Below, piece by piece: positions 1-13,180 of a DNA stretch of 64,000 nt. The position numbers and the translations under genes are program-made. The notes beneath the pieces are model-generated. The model saw only the letters and a list, made by a program, of their open reading frames with translations. It was not told where the DNA came from and did not search any database. Origin of the DNA: Monocercomonoides exilis PA203. Taxonomy: Eukaryota; Protista; Preaxostyla. The stretch lies in NCBI GenBank assembly GCA_001643675.2, contig LSRY02000051.1, positions 434,001 through 498,000 on the forward strand, written 5' to 3'. How positions within the stretch are numbered: position 1 is the first letter of the stretch; the number at the start of each line of letters is the position of its first letter.

Positions 1-3
1 AGA

Positions 4-2798
4 TTACGAATTGGAAGTTGGAGCAAATGTGCGTAAAGATGAAGGCACAGATAATGTTGAAGAAAGAGGGTTTTGCTGACTAGCTAAAAGACGACTTGGT
101 GTTCCAGCTGGAGATGATGCGGAAGCAGCAATAGAAATCAGTTGAGTTGTTTGCTGAGATGTTGTTTGTGACGAACTCGAAGAAGAAACAACTCCATCAT
201 TAAGGGGTGCGCTTGCAGTAGCTGCGACAGGCGCAGTCGGGAAACATTGAAACGTTGGCACTGCGCTAACTGGTGAAGTGGATGGAGGAGAAGGAGAAGG
301 AGAAGAAGGGGCGTAATTCAACGGGGATACTGATGGAGAAAACAATGAAATTGAAGGAAGCAGAGATGGCGAGTGCGATTGAGACTGATACTCATTTGAA
401 GAAGAATTCACATAATTTGAAGGATAACCGCTTGTCCTTTGAACGGCAGGAATAAATGGAACAGCACCCGGCGAGAAATAAGTTTCCTCTGAGCCAATAG
501 CAGTCGATGGCGAATGAATAGTAGACATTCCAGTCATCATGCTTGTCGAACTTCCATACTCAGCCCTATCTGTCAATGAAAAAGAATTATCATTGCTGTT
601 GCTGCCGGGCTCCAGATAATCAGGCCCGTTCATCATTACTGAGGAAAACCGTTGATTGTACCCACCCTCATTTCCCTGTACATCATCATCTTCTTCTGTA
701 CCATCATCCGCATTAAACGCGCCTATGTTAGACGGAAGCTGCGTTCGAGTCAAATAACGTCTCCGATAATTCGAGTGATATCCCAGATGATCTTGCTGGC
801 GTTGGTCCCGTTGCTGCTGCTGCTGTGGAGCAACAATGCGAGATTGGAAGCGATGTCGCCGATCCTGCTGTGAAAGCTGATATCCTGCTGATCGAAATGC
901 TCCAATTCCGTCGATGCCTACTCTCTGATCGTTCCCGTTCCCAATTGCGCGTCCAGCTCCTCCATCTCTGGGCATAAGCTCCTTTTCTAAATCAGGATCA
1001 TTCATTTCGTATTCGCCCAGGTTGCCTTCGTCGAACACTCTCCCGCTTCCCAATTGCATGTTTCCAACTCCTCCTTCTCCTCTTAAGCTCCTTTCCATTC
1101 CTTGTTCATCGCCAATCACAACCCCAAGATCTCCTTCTCCTTCTCCAAACCTATCCACATTTGCTGCCATTCCGCGACGACGAAGCCTCATCTTCCAATT
1201 CAAATCATCTGTTGAACTCATCGCTGGCTTGTCTATCGGGTTCATCTCCATCTCTCTATACAGATGTCCTCTGTTTCTCATGTTTTCCAGCAGATCTTGC
1301 TGAATAGATTCCAAATGGCTTGCTTCCGTGTTGTGAATGTTAGAAATTTCTCTTCTCTCGCTAGCAGATCCAATGCCCTCATCAACGCCAATCTCAACAG
1401 ATCTGATTGGCCTACCAAGCCTATCATACGTGACTTGTGTTCCAAATATTGAATCAACACCTCCGTAAGGTATGTTTCTTGAAGCTCCAATTAAAGATGA
1501 TGATACAACGGATTGTTGCATTGATGTCATCATTTGTTGTGCTTGAGATGTGGATGAGCCAGTAAGTGAAAAAGATGGTGAGTGAGACTGAGAAGAGTTC
1601 AATGTAGTTGGTGATGGAGAAGTGGAGTAAGTGGACGAAGATGTTATTCCAGCCGAAGCTGCTGATCCTACGTTCATTGAAGAAGAATCAGTGCTGGGAC
1701 GCATCCGCATCCCAAATCCCATCGGCATCCCCATTTGCATGCTCATCATACGCACAAAGCTGGGCTCGTTTGCATCTTCCCTCTCTTCTCTCGGAGGAGC
1801 AGGAAATTCCTCAAATCCTGGCTGTCGAAGCAGCTTTTCTCCACCTAGTCCAGCAATTTGATGGTTATACAGCTTCTCGTCCACCTGATTGTTGTACCAC
1901 TTTCTGACAATTTTGAAGAATAGCTCGCACGTCAGAAGTGAGTCGCTACCAGCCTGATGAGTGATCCCAACTCTCTCCACACTGTAATCGTTCGCCAGTG
2001 CACTTAGCCCTCTGCTTGTGCGTGATAAGATTTTCAAATCGTAAATGCGAGGAAAGTATGCATCAAGAAGTGCCATAAAGTCACAGTGATACATCGGAAG
2101 AGGACGGCATGTCAATAGCTTCATTAAATACCCAAAATCGTAACTTGAATGAAATGTCACCCATGTTACGTCTGGGTTCATAACAAGACCCGACGTTGTC
2201 AAAGCTTGAGCAAATTCATGTTGATCAATTCCCTCTGTACTGAAACGATTCCATTCAATCCCTGCATTCGTGAGTAAGTTGATTGATGTAATTGCTGATT
2301 TGTCCGTATTAACATCAAAACGGAAATTGAATTGCCATGTTGTTGTTTCTGGCGGAAGTTCTCCGTTATCCTTTGAAAAAGTTAGCCCAAGCTGTATGAG
2401 TTTCAACTGATCAACGTTTGACTTGATTTTATCGTACTGATAATCTGCATGGGACGAACTTTGTGGGAATACGACTTCTCCTGGAAATTCTGTATCCTAT
2501 TGTACAAATTCATCATCAGCAAAAGAACAATAATATTGTGACAGAAAAAATGAAATTGCAAAAAGCATGAAGATTTTAAAAAGATTCGAGAATCAAATAC
2601 AAAACGCCAATTAAAAAATCATTAGCATTCATTAAAATTTGTCTTGTGTTGTGAATATTATGTAAAGCAGCTCATATATCAAACCATTGAAACATATGGA
2701 TACTCTGGAAGAATCTCAGAAATTCGTTCCATCTCCTCTTGCATATTATTTGCCCAAACTTCCACAAACATTCTATCTTGTCTATTCACCTGATCCAT
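4..2798 (-). CDS. CAF1: CCR4-NOT deadenylase subunit CAF1/POP2 (DEDDh nuclease), about 868 aa, with long low-complexity C-terminal extension; exons 2798-2685 and 2496-4
   Basis: Splicing out a GT-AG intron (2684-2497) gives MDQVNRQDRMFVEVWANN...YPYVSM/DTEFPG...NVDQLKLIQLGLTF...WVTFHSSYDFGY...HQAGSDSLLT, the CAF1 motifs with all catalytic residues. Confidence 0.95.
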
Positions 2799-3173
2799 GG
2801 GACTTTAAAAGGCTATTTTTGCTTTCCTGATCTGGAGATCAAATTGTGGTTTTAATTGATCTTTTCATTTGTGAATGTTAAAAAATTAGATAATTGATTA
2901 TAAATAATAATAATGTTAATGTTATATGATTGTAAGTTTATGATAAGTTGAAGATAAAAGCGAATTCACTTTGAATTATTTTTTCAAATTTTTTATCCTT
3001 GAATGAAGATGGTGTTAAAAGATCAAATTTTTTTTTGACTCAAATAGCCAATCAGTTGCAATGTTTTGAAGATTCAAAATTATTAATATGTGGCACAATG
3101 GAATTCGTGTTTTATATTGTTGAAATTCAAAATCACAATTTTCTGCTCATTTTTCACAATAAATATATATCAA

Positions 3174-4930
3174 CTAACCTTCTGTTCGCTTTGATTTCCA
3201 TTCAAACCTATTTTTTGTGCCAGCATTCGCTTTATAATTTCCAGTTTTTCTTCTGTCATTTCTTGAACTGTTATCTTTTTCCTCTTTCCCATCATCTCCT
3301 TCTTTATCCTTTCTTTTCCACTCCTGCATGGCTGATATCTCCTTCTGCCATTTCTCTCTGTTCGGGTTCAGATAGCTCTGCTCCTCTGCTTCTTTCCTTT
3401 CTTTTTCTCTCACTCTCTTATTATACGCAAACACATCCTCATTCTCATCTTCTTCTTCTTCATCATCTTCATCATCATCTTCGACTTCTCCTGTTTTCAC
3501 CTTCTTTTTGCCTGATGATTTCTTCATTGCTCCTTCTTCGTCTTTCACTTTCATCCAGCTGTATTGCTTTCTCGGCTGTTTCAACTCTGCTAATCTTATT
3601 TCTTCTCTTTCTCTTTCTCTTTCTCTTTCTCTTTCTCTTTCTCTTTCTCTTTCTCTTTCTCTTTCTCTTTCTCTTTCTCTTTCTCTTTCTCTTTCTCTTT
3701 CTCTTTCTTTCTCCTTCTCCTTATTTCCTTCTTTTTCCTGTTGTGCGTTTTGCTTCTTTTTCAGCTTCTGGTCAGATGCTGTTTGAGAAGAGTATTTAAA
3801 TTGGCTGTTGTTCTGAGGAGGAGAAGAAGAAGGAGAAGAAGATGAATGATATTCAAATGGATTGCTTTCATTTGAAGAAGAAGAAGAAGAAGAAGAAGAA
3901 GATGGTGATGATGATGATGAGTCAGATGTACTGGACGAAGGGCGATACTGAAATGAAGAAGGAGGAGGAGAAGTCGATTTTGATGGTTTGTAAGAGAAAG
4001 AAGAAGATGAGAAGGAGGAAGAAGAGGAAGATGAAGGAGGAGGAGAAGAAGAAGAAGAAGAAGAAGGTTTCTGTTTTGCAATTATCTTCTTCGTTCCCAC
4101 TGCCCCATCTCCAGCCTCTTCCTCTCCGCTCTCTCTGCTTCTGCTCCACTTCTCAGCCCACTTCGCCTTCCAATCTGAATAAACATCGCCAGCAAGCTGC
4201 TGCTTTCCTGCTTCCTTCAACCCACTTGATGAACTAGATGCAGTTGATGAATACACTCCATTCGTTCTGCTTGCCATCTGCCCCTTTCCAGGCAAGCTGA
4301 GCTGGCTCACTCTTCTTTCTGCCTCGTCTTCGTCTTCGGCGTCATACCCTTCTTCTTCCACTGCCTCTTTCAGCAGCCCGTCGTTGATCTCATCCAGCTG
4401 ATCGTCATAGTCATCGTCTTCTTCAGTCGACTCGATGATGGGAAGAGAAAAGGAGAAGGAAGAAGAAGAAGAAGAAGAAGAAGAAGAGGTAGATGAAGAT
4501 GATGATGATGCAAGAGAATAACCATATGGAGTGAATCCTCTGTATCCATCAGTCTCTTCATCCTCATAATCACCAAACAAATGCGAATAAGAAGATGAAG
4601 AAGAAGAGGAAGAATTCTCCTTCCCACCACCTCCTCCTCCTCCCATCATCATCATTGCTGCTCCAACCAGATGCGATCCAAAGTGTGCCTCGTCAGACAC
4701 AACCAGCTCGTCTTCTTTGTCCCAGTCGACATCATACGAAACAACTGAACTCTCAGCCAGCTTCAGAACAGACAGCTTTTGCGCCTTCTTCCGCGCCTCT
4801 TCGTCGGCTTTCGCCTGCAACTTCGCTCTTTCTGCCTCTTCCGCCTCTTTCTTTGCCTGCTCGGCTGCTTGCTCTTTTTCCTTCCAGTTCTTGCCTTTCA
4901 GTTTGAGTTGGAGTTTGGGTTTGGCTTTGG

Positions 4931-4989
<59 letters not shown>

Positions 4990-7900
4990 GAGAGAGAGAG
5001 TAAAAAGAAGAAGATAATAAAATTGAAAAGATTGATTCAAAGAAAGAAAGAGAAAGAAATAAAGAAGAAAAAGAAGATAATCAAAATATTCTCGTTTGAA
5101 TAGAACAATAATGACAAAATACGCACCTGAGTATCATCTGCTTTGTCTGTTGTTGAAGCAGAAGATGAAGAAGAAGACGATGAAGACGAAGAAGATGAAG
5201 ATGATGAAGAAGATTGATTAAGCACAACGGGTTTAGCCTTCTTCAGAGCAGGAAGAGGGAAGCATACTTCTAACCATTCATCATCTTCTTCACTTTGAGA
5301 AGAAGAAATGCCAAAGAAAGATGGAGAAGAAGAAGAGGAGGAGGAAGAGGAGGAGGAAGAGGAAGAAGATGAAGAAGAAGAGGATGATGATGATGATGAT
5401 TGAGGAGAAGAGAGGAGAGAGAAAGGCGAATTAGAGCTCAAAGAAAAGACAGGTGGCGACAGAGCATTTGGAGGAGGAGAGGAAGAAGAAGAAGGAGACG
5501 AAGAAGAAGAGGAAGAGGAAGAGGAAGAAGAGGAGGAAGAAGAGGAGGAGGAGGAAGAGGAGGAAGGAGAAAGAAGAGAGAAAGGCGAAGAAGGTGTTAC
5601 ACTCAACTTGGGGGGAGAAGGTTTGATTGAAAGAGGAGCCTGAGAAGAAGAAGAAGAAGAAGAAGAAGAAGAAGAAGAAATAGATTTCTCTTTGCTCTTC
5701 ACAGGAGAAGATGACATTCCAAGTTTCTGTTTCACAATCTCTCTGAACTCATTCCTTTGTGTTGCATATGCCAAAAGCTGTGTTCCTCTTCGGCTTTTGG
5801 CCTCTGCTATGACAACTGACAAGCGATCCTCAAATTCTTGCTGGTTGCGTCTGTGAAAAATGGGAAGAAAAAAAAAAAAGAAGAAGAAGAAATATAAAAA
5901 TATATGTGGAAAATTAGAAATGACAGAAAAATAGATATCAAAATAGAAGGAGGAAAGAAACGTTGTTATCGAATAAGGTGATTCAAAAATAAAAATAAAT
6001 ATGTTCTTCCACAATAACAACATATTCATCCATCTCTATTAATCACAATCACACACATTGAAGGATGTTTGAATGCCATTCTTATCTGAGGCACCATCCC
6101 CAGCAGCGTAAGCTCACCAAATGCATAGAAGATAAACTGCTCTTCCTCCTCTTTTTCCTTCTTCTTCATCGCCTGTTGCATCCCTTTCATCTCCTTCGCT
6201 GTGTACTTCTCCTTCTCTCCAAACACCCCAAACGCCCCAAACGGCGGCGGAGAGCGAGAAAGAGGAGGAGGTGATGGGCTTCTCTGCACAGACGACGCGC
6301 CAGCTGCTCCGCCTTCTTCGTTCTCCAGCCCCAAAAACAGCACAACAACCAGCTCGTCCAACCTCCCGCTCTGCAGCTCCTTCGCCACATCCTCCAGAAA
6401 CACCCGCATGTTCACCCCTTCGTCACACAGCTCATCAAACACTGTCATTTTCTCTCCACTTTCAGAAGAAGAAGAAGAAGAAGCACTCCCAAATGAAGAT
6501 GACGCAGATGCTGTTGTCTGCCTTGCTGCTGCAAGAATCGCATTCGCCTTCTCCATCTCCTTCTCTTCTGGCGTCTGCCTCTTCTTCGTCTCCTTCAGCG
6601 CCTTCCTCCCTTTCCTCTTCCACGATGTGGAGAAGATGGGAATTCCTTCGTCTCCGCCACAAGCAGCAGCAGTTGGCGCAGAAGGGAGGAATGGCTGGAC
6701 AAGACCAACACACACCGCACAGCAGCTGAAGTAGAAACAGGAGAGCATCGCCCGCTGGATGATGTGACTGGGACACCGCGCCTCGGAGCTGAAGGGAAGG
6801 ATCGAGGAAGAGGAAGAGGAGGAAGAGGAAGAGGAAGAGGAAGAGGAAGAAGAAGATGATGCTGATGAATATGAAGATAGCCCCGTCTGCTCCTTCATTC
6901 TTCGCACTCTCAGTATTCTCGTCAGAACAGAAGCTGCTCGCAAAAACAAAGTGACTCCGCCGGATGCAAGAAATGGAGCCATAAGCGCAGTCGGTCGGGC
7001 GTTTGGATAAAACAGCGTTGAAGTCGTTGCCGGCGCATCCTTCATCTCGTTCATCATCTCCTTCGCAACCCCATCGCCACTATTCTTCTGAAACCCTGGG
7101 ATGGTACTTGTGAACCTGCCCATGCTCCCTCCTTTCTCGCTTCCCCTCCCGTCTTCGTCAAAGGAATATGTAATAATAAGAGAAGTTAGAGTCTTAATTA
7201 CATCAGATAAAAGCTGCAACGATTCCTCAAAACTGAAAGCTTCTTCCTCTTTGAATTTATCTGAAGTATTGTTTTTTGACTTTGCTTTATCGTCTAAAAG
7301 CGTGGTGCTTTCTTTTCCAAGTTCTTTTTCTGCAATCACAATAATACTTTCGACACATCCTGTTGTGATCCCAAAGCAATTCACGATGTCATCACGAATC
7401 GTTGGAAATTTGCAAAGAAATCGATTTAAAACGCCTTGCGCAAGTGGCGTTATCGGTGAAAATAATGCAGAAAAATCAAAAAGCTTTGGAGCATCAATGA
7501 TATCATAATGAAGTATGAAATCATTCATAAACTGTGGTGTTATAAACGAATCAATTAGACTTGTTGAGATTTTTTTTGTTCCGCATTCGGATAAACGTAA
7601 ATACACGCAAAATACCCTTGAAAGTAATGACCTAAAATAGTGTAGTTAACAAAATAAAACGAAAAAAAAAATTACGTTCAAAAGATGAAAATTTACCTGT
7701 GTGTTGAATGAATTGAAGAGTTCCTCGAAGGTCTCTGACTATATCTCAAAAACGAGTCCAAAAACACCAACAGAGATGGTTGAAATGCAAAGGTCGCAAG
7801 AAAGCTTGGAATGGTCGATCTCAATAAAAGAGAAAGCTGTTCGTTCCATTCAGCAAATAACGAAAGTGTCTCTGCTGTCGGCAAGGTGTTTGGATCGTTT

Positions 7901-7998
7901 ATAGCATTGTCACATGGAAGATAAGGGCTCAAATTCATTTGAATTGCTGCCTTTGCTTCTATGACTCCTGGAAGTTTATATTGTTTTTTAGTTGACAT
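3174..7998 (-). CDS. ASCC2: ASCC2-like protein (activating signal cointegrator 1 complex subunit 2); exons 7998-7697, 7631-6057, 5850-5127, 4931-3174
   Basis: Three phase-compatible GT-AG introns join four ORFs. Recognised ASCC2-type segments: SLLVFLDSFLRYSQRP, VFCVYLRLSE, IIDAPKLFDFSALF, acidic DDDYDDQLDE and basic C-terminal YKANAGTKNRFEWK. Recognition is from memory of the family, with no search run. Confidence 0.75.
3604..3706. repeat. (TCTCTT)n hexanucleotide microsatellite encoding a poly-(Glu-Arg) tract in the ASCC2-like gene
   Basis: About 17 perfect units; translates as REREREREREREE on the minus strand. Confidence 0.95.
4934..4999. repeat. (GA)n microsatellite forming the polypyrimidine tract of ASCC2-like intron 3
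   Basis: GAGAGA/GATAGA run lying directly 5' of the CAG acceptor (4934-4932) on the minus strand. Confidence 0.9.
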
Positions 7999-8115
7999 TA
8001 TGATTTTTTTTATGGTACGGTCATATTATATTTTTTCATTTTTTCATTTTTTCATGCTTTTTTTGACAATTTCATTTTCCTATTCATGCTGTAGTTTCTT
8101 TCCAATTAACCTCTC

Positions 8116-8153
<38 letters not shown>

Positions 8154-9099
8154 AAAGAATAAGTTTCATATTTAAATAATAAAGTTTCATTTGTCAAAAT
8201 AATGTTGAAACAAAATGCTCACTTCATAATTTCATTCAACATCATTCTTTTTGTGAAATCTCAAACGTCGATTTTTCAGTTACAATAAAACCAAATGTAT
8301 TTTTATGAATTTAACAAAATGTATTATCATTGCATCGACATTATTTTTTTGAAAATGGGTGAAAATTTTTGAAAAATCACTTTTTTTTTGCCTGATCTGT
8401 CCCACAAAAAATCAGAAAAATTAAATTGTTAACCGTAATTTTTTCAATAATAATTTATTAACTCTTTTTTGCTCAATGGAAGAATTTGACGTTTTATTAT
8501 TTACAATATTCTTTGTTAACATTAGGTGAAGAACACAATAATTGAAGTTTTTTATTGCATTTTTTCTTATTTGACTGAATCACGAAAATTATGAGTTTTT
8601 CCATTTATCTTTTTCAATACGATGATTTCTGCTTATCTTTTATTTGAATAACAACAATGATTATCAATTGAACTTCATTGGACAAATGAATAGAATAATT
8701 GTTGGCTTCAAATCCGTTTGTTTAGAAACAGTTATTTTTTTTTCAACTTTGATTCATTCAATGAAACAAAAAGTGCGCAAAAACAATTTGACAAAATCTT
8801 ATTTGTATTATTTCTTTTTAACAATTTGATAGTCGTATATTCATGCAAAAAACAATACAATTAATGATCTGCATGTTGAGTTCTTATTTATCTTTGAAAG
8901 CACGATATCATAAGAATGTTTATAAAAACTAAGTGTATTCAAAACTGTTATCACACAAAAACTGCAATTTGTTTATTTTGTTTTAACTTTTATTATTTTC
9001 TTCAATTGGAACAGCACGTGGTTAATTTTTTCATACTTCCTTTTTCGATGTACTAAGAAAGGAAGAAGAAAGGGATTAGTATTCATCACGACAGGTACC

Positions 9100-11210
9100 T
9101 GTCAATTATTCGTCTTATACATCGGCAGTGGCTGCACAAAACATGTGGAAGTCAGCAATGGATTATATGGAGAAAAGGCCGGGGTATTAGAGCAGAACGT
9201 CCAGCAGTCGTTGCTTCTGCAGAAGTAGCTAATGTTGATTCTGTCTCCTCTATTGCTTTTTTTGCTTTATATGTTTTTCTGTTGTGCAGAGGACGGCTCT
9301 GTATTTGGGCATTGCATGTGCGAACGATGTGGCGCTTTCGGAGATGTTTTCGGTTTCGCTTGTGATGCTATTTCCTTCGCATTAAGCGTTGGTGCGAACC
9401 AAGTCAACGATCAATTTGATTATTGCAGCTGCAGATGTGAATAGCATTCCCGTTAATCTGTGATCTGTTTGACATGTAGCTACTTCCATCGGTTACAGCT
9501 CGGCTGTTTTTGCGATCTTCAAGGTTAAGGCGATAGGCAGTGAAGCTGTTAGATGAAGTGATTGGGTGAGCAGCCCCAGAGCGTGAAGTTGGGGAGATTG
9601 TGGAGAAGGGTCCGGAGGCGGTGGGGCTAAGGCTAGAGGGTGTGATTCTGTCGCCAGTAGCCATTGTGCCACATTTGCTAGAGGAGCTAGAAGAAACAGT
9701 GGACGGAAGATAAAAAGCAGAGGGAAGTGAAACGTGAGATTTTGAAGAGGTATTCGTATTTCAATATGCTGAAGAAAATGATCCGGGAAGGCATTCGCCT
9801 ATCGAAGCGGATCAGCGCACTGGCGGAGCAGCTGCGACAGAAGGTTAATATCATCCGGATGAATCAGAGGAAGATTCTGGAGCTGAGCAAAAAGTTCAAC
9901 GAAGAGGTGAAGGAGGTGAAGGAGCAGCTGGCGGCGATGAAGAAGAAGGTGGAGCTGATTGATGAGGGGGTTGAGAAGGAGAAGAAGATAAAGTTTGAGG
10001 GACAGCAGTCGGATAAGATGAAATCTAAATCATCCGTATTTCTGGTGTTTTTGCTGAATAACTTCAAGGCAGAAGCAGCGATGTGAAAAAGGCGAAGAAG
10101 ATTCCGTTTGATCCCATAAGTTCTGCGGATGGTTCAACTTCTTCATCTTTGTCGGAAACAGCTTGTGGAGGATTCGCATAAGATGAAATGGAGCCTCTTC
10201 TGTTTGTTTCATCGGCAGACATTGCCAGAGCTGACGCTTCTGATCATTCTAGCAGCATTCCGGTTGTTTAGGTGCTGTTTACAATCATTTGTATCAGTTC
10301 TTGAGTAGTGCCAGCGCAACGACTTCTTCGTGCTGTGCCTGCAGATACCAAATTTGTGCTGCGCTGATGAACGGTGAGCGCCTCAAACGCCATCTGAGAA
10401 AAGAGCTGTTGTAAAAAAAGGCTAGTCATCGCTTCATGCTGTTGAACTGGAGCTGGACGACAGTGTGCTGGTGCTTTCGTGGGTGTAGGCGGGTGCAAGG
10501 GTTGAGATCTGGTGAAATGTTTGGGGGAGGCTGCGTCGTAAGTTGTGGCAAAGAATTGAGAGTGGTTAGAGTTTCTCCAAATGGTGCGGAAGCTGGTGGA
10601 GCTTACAGCGCTGAAAGTGAAAGAAGAGGCAGAGGAAAAAGGAGGAATAGTTTGCGATTCCTTCATATTTTTCCCCTCAGCAGAAGGCAAATTTTTCATC
10701 TGAAAGAGAAAAATCAAATGGAAACCAATGCGATCCGGGAAGAGGTTCGTGAGAAGAAAACATGGAGCGAATATGAATGAGAATATGGAAAGGATGTTTG
10801 AAGTCAGATGGGGAATTTATGCATTTTGGATCAGGCATGGAGGCAGATGTGATATTAGATTATTCAGAAATTGAGCAGGTTACGCAACCGGAAAAAAACG
10901 ATTGGAACATTTTCAGTTTCGCATTGTGCGTATGTGAACAAGTGGGGTTCTCCGAGGATGCGTGAAGCGTAATTTTGTGTTTCTTCTCTGGAATCTTTGC
11001 TAACGTTCCAATGAGTGTCATATTTTCTGTTTCAGGAATTGAGATTTCTATTGTAACTATTTCCTTCTGCGCTGAGTTGGAACTGCCGCTTCACATTCTT
11101 TAACTCCGTCTGCTAACCTTGTGCATTTGGTTCTTCAAAACTCCTGACTTCGAGAGGAAAACACCAATCAGCCTTGATATGCCAACCAATAATTACAATG
11201 ATAGAGCATC
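9100..11210 (-). pseudogene. Probable degenerate Ser/Pro-rich gene of unknown family (approximate bounds)
   Basis: GC-richer island within AT-rich DNA. Minus-strand Ser/Pro-rich ORF pieces (10268-10717, 10030-10212, 9404-9664) are broken by stops or frameshifts, with an intron-like acceptor TTTCTCTTTCAG near 10700. Confidence 0.3.
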
Positions 11211-11329
11211 TTCTCATTAATCATCTGATTTTACTAACGATTCTGTGCATTTATATTTTTTTTTCTATTCCAACAGTTATCAAATGATTCAAAATTGTTC
11301 TTTCTATCCCCTCAAAGGAACAGCCGGAA

Positions 11330-13180
11330 ATCGTCGATGAAATTTCATTTGTCGAAGAAAGTTAAATCAACGAAGCAGTTGAGTTTGTTTGGACCCAGTT
11401 CACGCTTTCCATTTGAAATATTCCAACCTGAACATTTATCGGTTCTATAGAAAATGCAGTTTCTATTGATTGTCCACTTCCTTTTGAAATGTTCAGTCTG
11501 CCAATGTTCAGCTCTCCTGCTCCAGAAATCTCAAACTGCCTTGAACCACGATTGCTCGGATGTGCCGAGTCATGCACAGGTGCAAGGTATCTGACAGTCT
11601 ATGCGCCTGTTGAAACTGAAAATAGAGACAATCTCTATTCTTCGAATTCTATTTTGATTGTTGTTCTTAAATCACTTTTCCATAAATTGTGTTTGAATGC
11701 ACACCACCATCTACGCTCTTAGCATGAACAATTATACCCAAAAGCATTTCGATTTCCTCTCCAAACCCAAATATCAGTTGAGTGAGGCAACGGCTGATCG
11801 TGCTGCATGGATAAGATTCATATAGCCCGCATGCATATGTATCGTTGCCTTTTGTTTGTGTTTCGTTCGAAGAAACAAATCTCACATTTCCAAAATCATT
11901 ACAAAGCCATTCATTGTGATTAACGTTTGAATAATAGTAAGAACAAACTCTGTCGTTTGGCTGGTTGAATAGCAGGTTGAATAAATATTATTTGACGTTG
12001 GGCCTTGTAGAACAATATCCTGTACCAATTTTCCACATGTGTTTTTTTGAAAAAAGCAGTCATAAAGCAAAACTACTTAATTATATGCATTTAGTTCTAT
12101 GCAAACAGCTCCTTCTCCACACTTTGAATAGCAATGACAAAATTAACTATCTGAGAAAACAATATGAATTGCTCCATCCCAATTCAAAATCGAGCCTCTG
12201 CAAGAAGTTGAAGAATTTGACGCTCGGCAATATTTGAAGAATGAATTTATGACACATTTTTCCTGTCTTTGGGTTTTTATTTGATTGAGTTCAATTGCCC
12301 TTCCGTCATTGCCCGATGAGCAATTGAAAAATGAACAATTATCGACCATTGACTGCACAATAACATTTTCAAATTGAATTCCTCCACCTTCAAATTCTAT
12401 TTTTTTTTTGTAGCACATGAGCATTGTGCAAACGTCGAATGGAGAACAATACATTCAGCGATTTTCAGTGCATATATTGCGCCCCCTCTTGTGGATGAAG
12501 CATTGCATCTCGTGAATGAAGAATTCTCCACAGATAGAATAGTATTTTCATTGTTATGCACATAAAGGGCACCTCCTTGTGGTGCTGTGCAATCAGTCCA
12601 TTCACACAATGAAAATGATTGGCTTTCTGTTGTATTCATTTGCCCTTTTTTCTGAAGAGCATTCATTTCTCTTTTCCCATAGCGTGTAGTTGTGTTTTTT
12701 CAGATAAATTTCTCTGAAGAATAGGATCCACTCGAAATCCCTCCTTCAAATACATTCACACATGAATAAATTGTGCAGCTCTCCATTGAACTCAACAAGC
12801 ATGAATATTCCATCTGGTAATTACTGTTCTTGTCATATTTCACTGTCATGTTCCTGAAGGCTGAATCATGAATCTGCTCTCTTTTGCTCTTTCCTGACAA
12901 CAGGAAATAGTCTGTTGATGAAGCTGTCAGATCGGCAATGATGAATTCTTTCTAAACGTTAAAATTTGAATTATTAGTTGAAAATATAAGATCAAAATAG
13001 CAAACATTCTTTTTGAGGATTAAGCATGTGTTTGTGTGTAGATTGACATACTTTGAAAATGAATTGGAGATGTGGTTTTGTTGTGGAAAAAACAAGAATT
13101 CTTCGTTAGCATTGATTTGTTTGTAGTTATCATCAAAAGTGAAGACAAATATTTATTCAACATATAAAATAATTCATCTG
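11330..13180 (-). pseudogene. Frameshifted Pmp-like (GGA/FxxC beta-helix) surface protein pseudogene (approximate bounds)
   Basis: Consecutive fragments in different frames: CVNVFEGGIS, LCEWTDCTAPQGGALYV, STRGGAIYAL, EGGGIQF, CGLYESYPCSTISRCL. These are the same motifs as in the intact family members at 32954 and 45088. Confidence 0.8.

Noticed and set aside
2999-3799. 266-aa plus-strand ORF with (LF)n and similar antisense/alternate-frame ORFs over Ser/Glu tracts
   Set aside because: Shadows of microsatellite-like coding sequence on the opposite strand; no independent features.
4-7998. Functional cluster of RNA quality-control genes (CAF1 next to ASCC2)
   Set aside because: Only two genes; adjacency in a compact genome is not evidence without conserved synteny.
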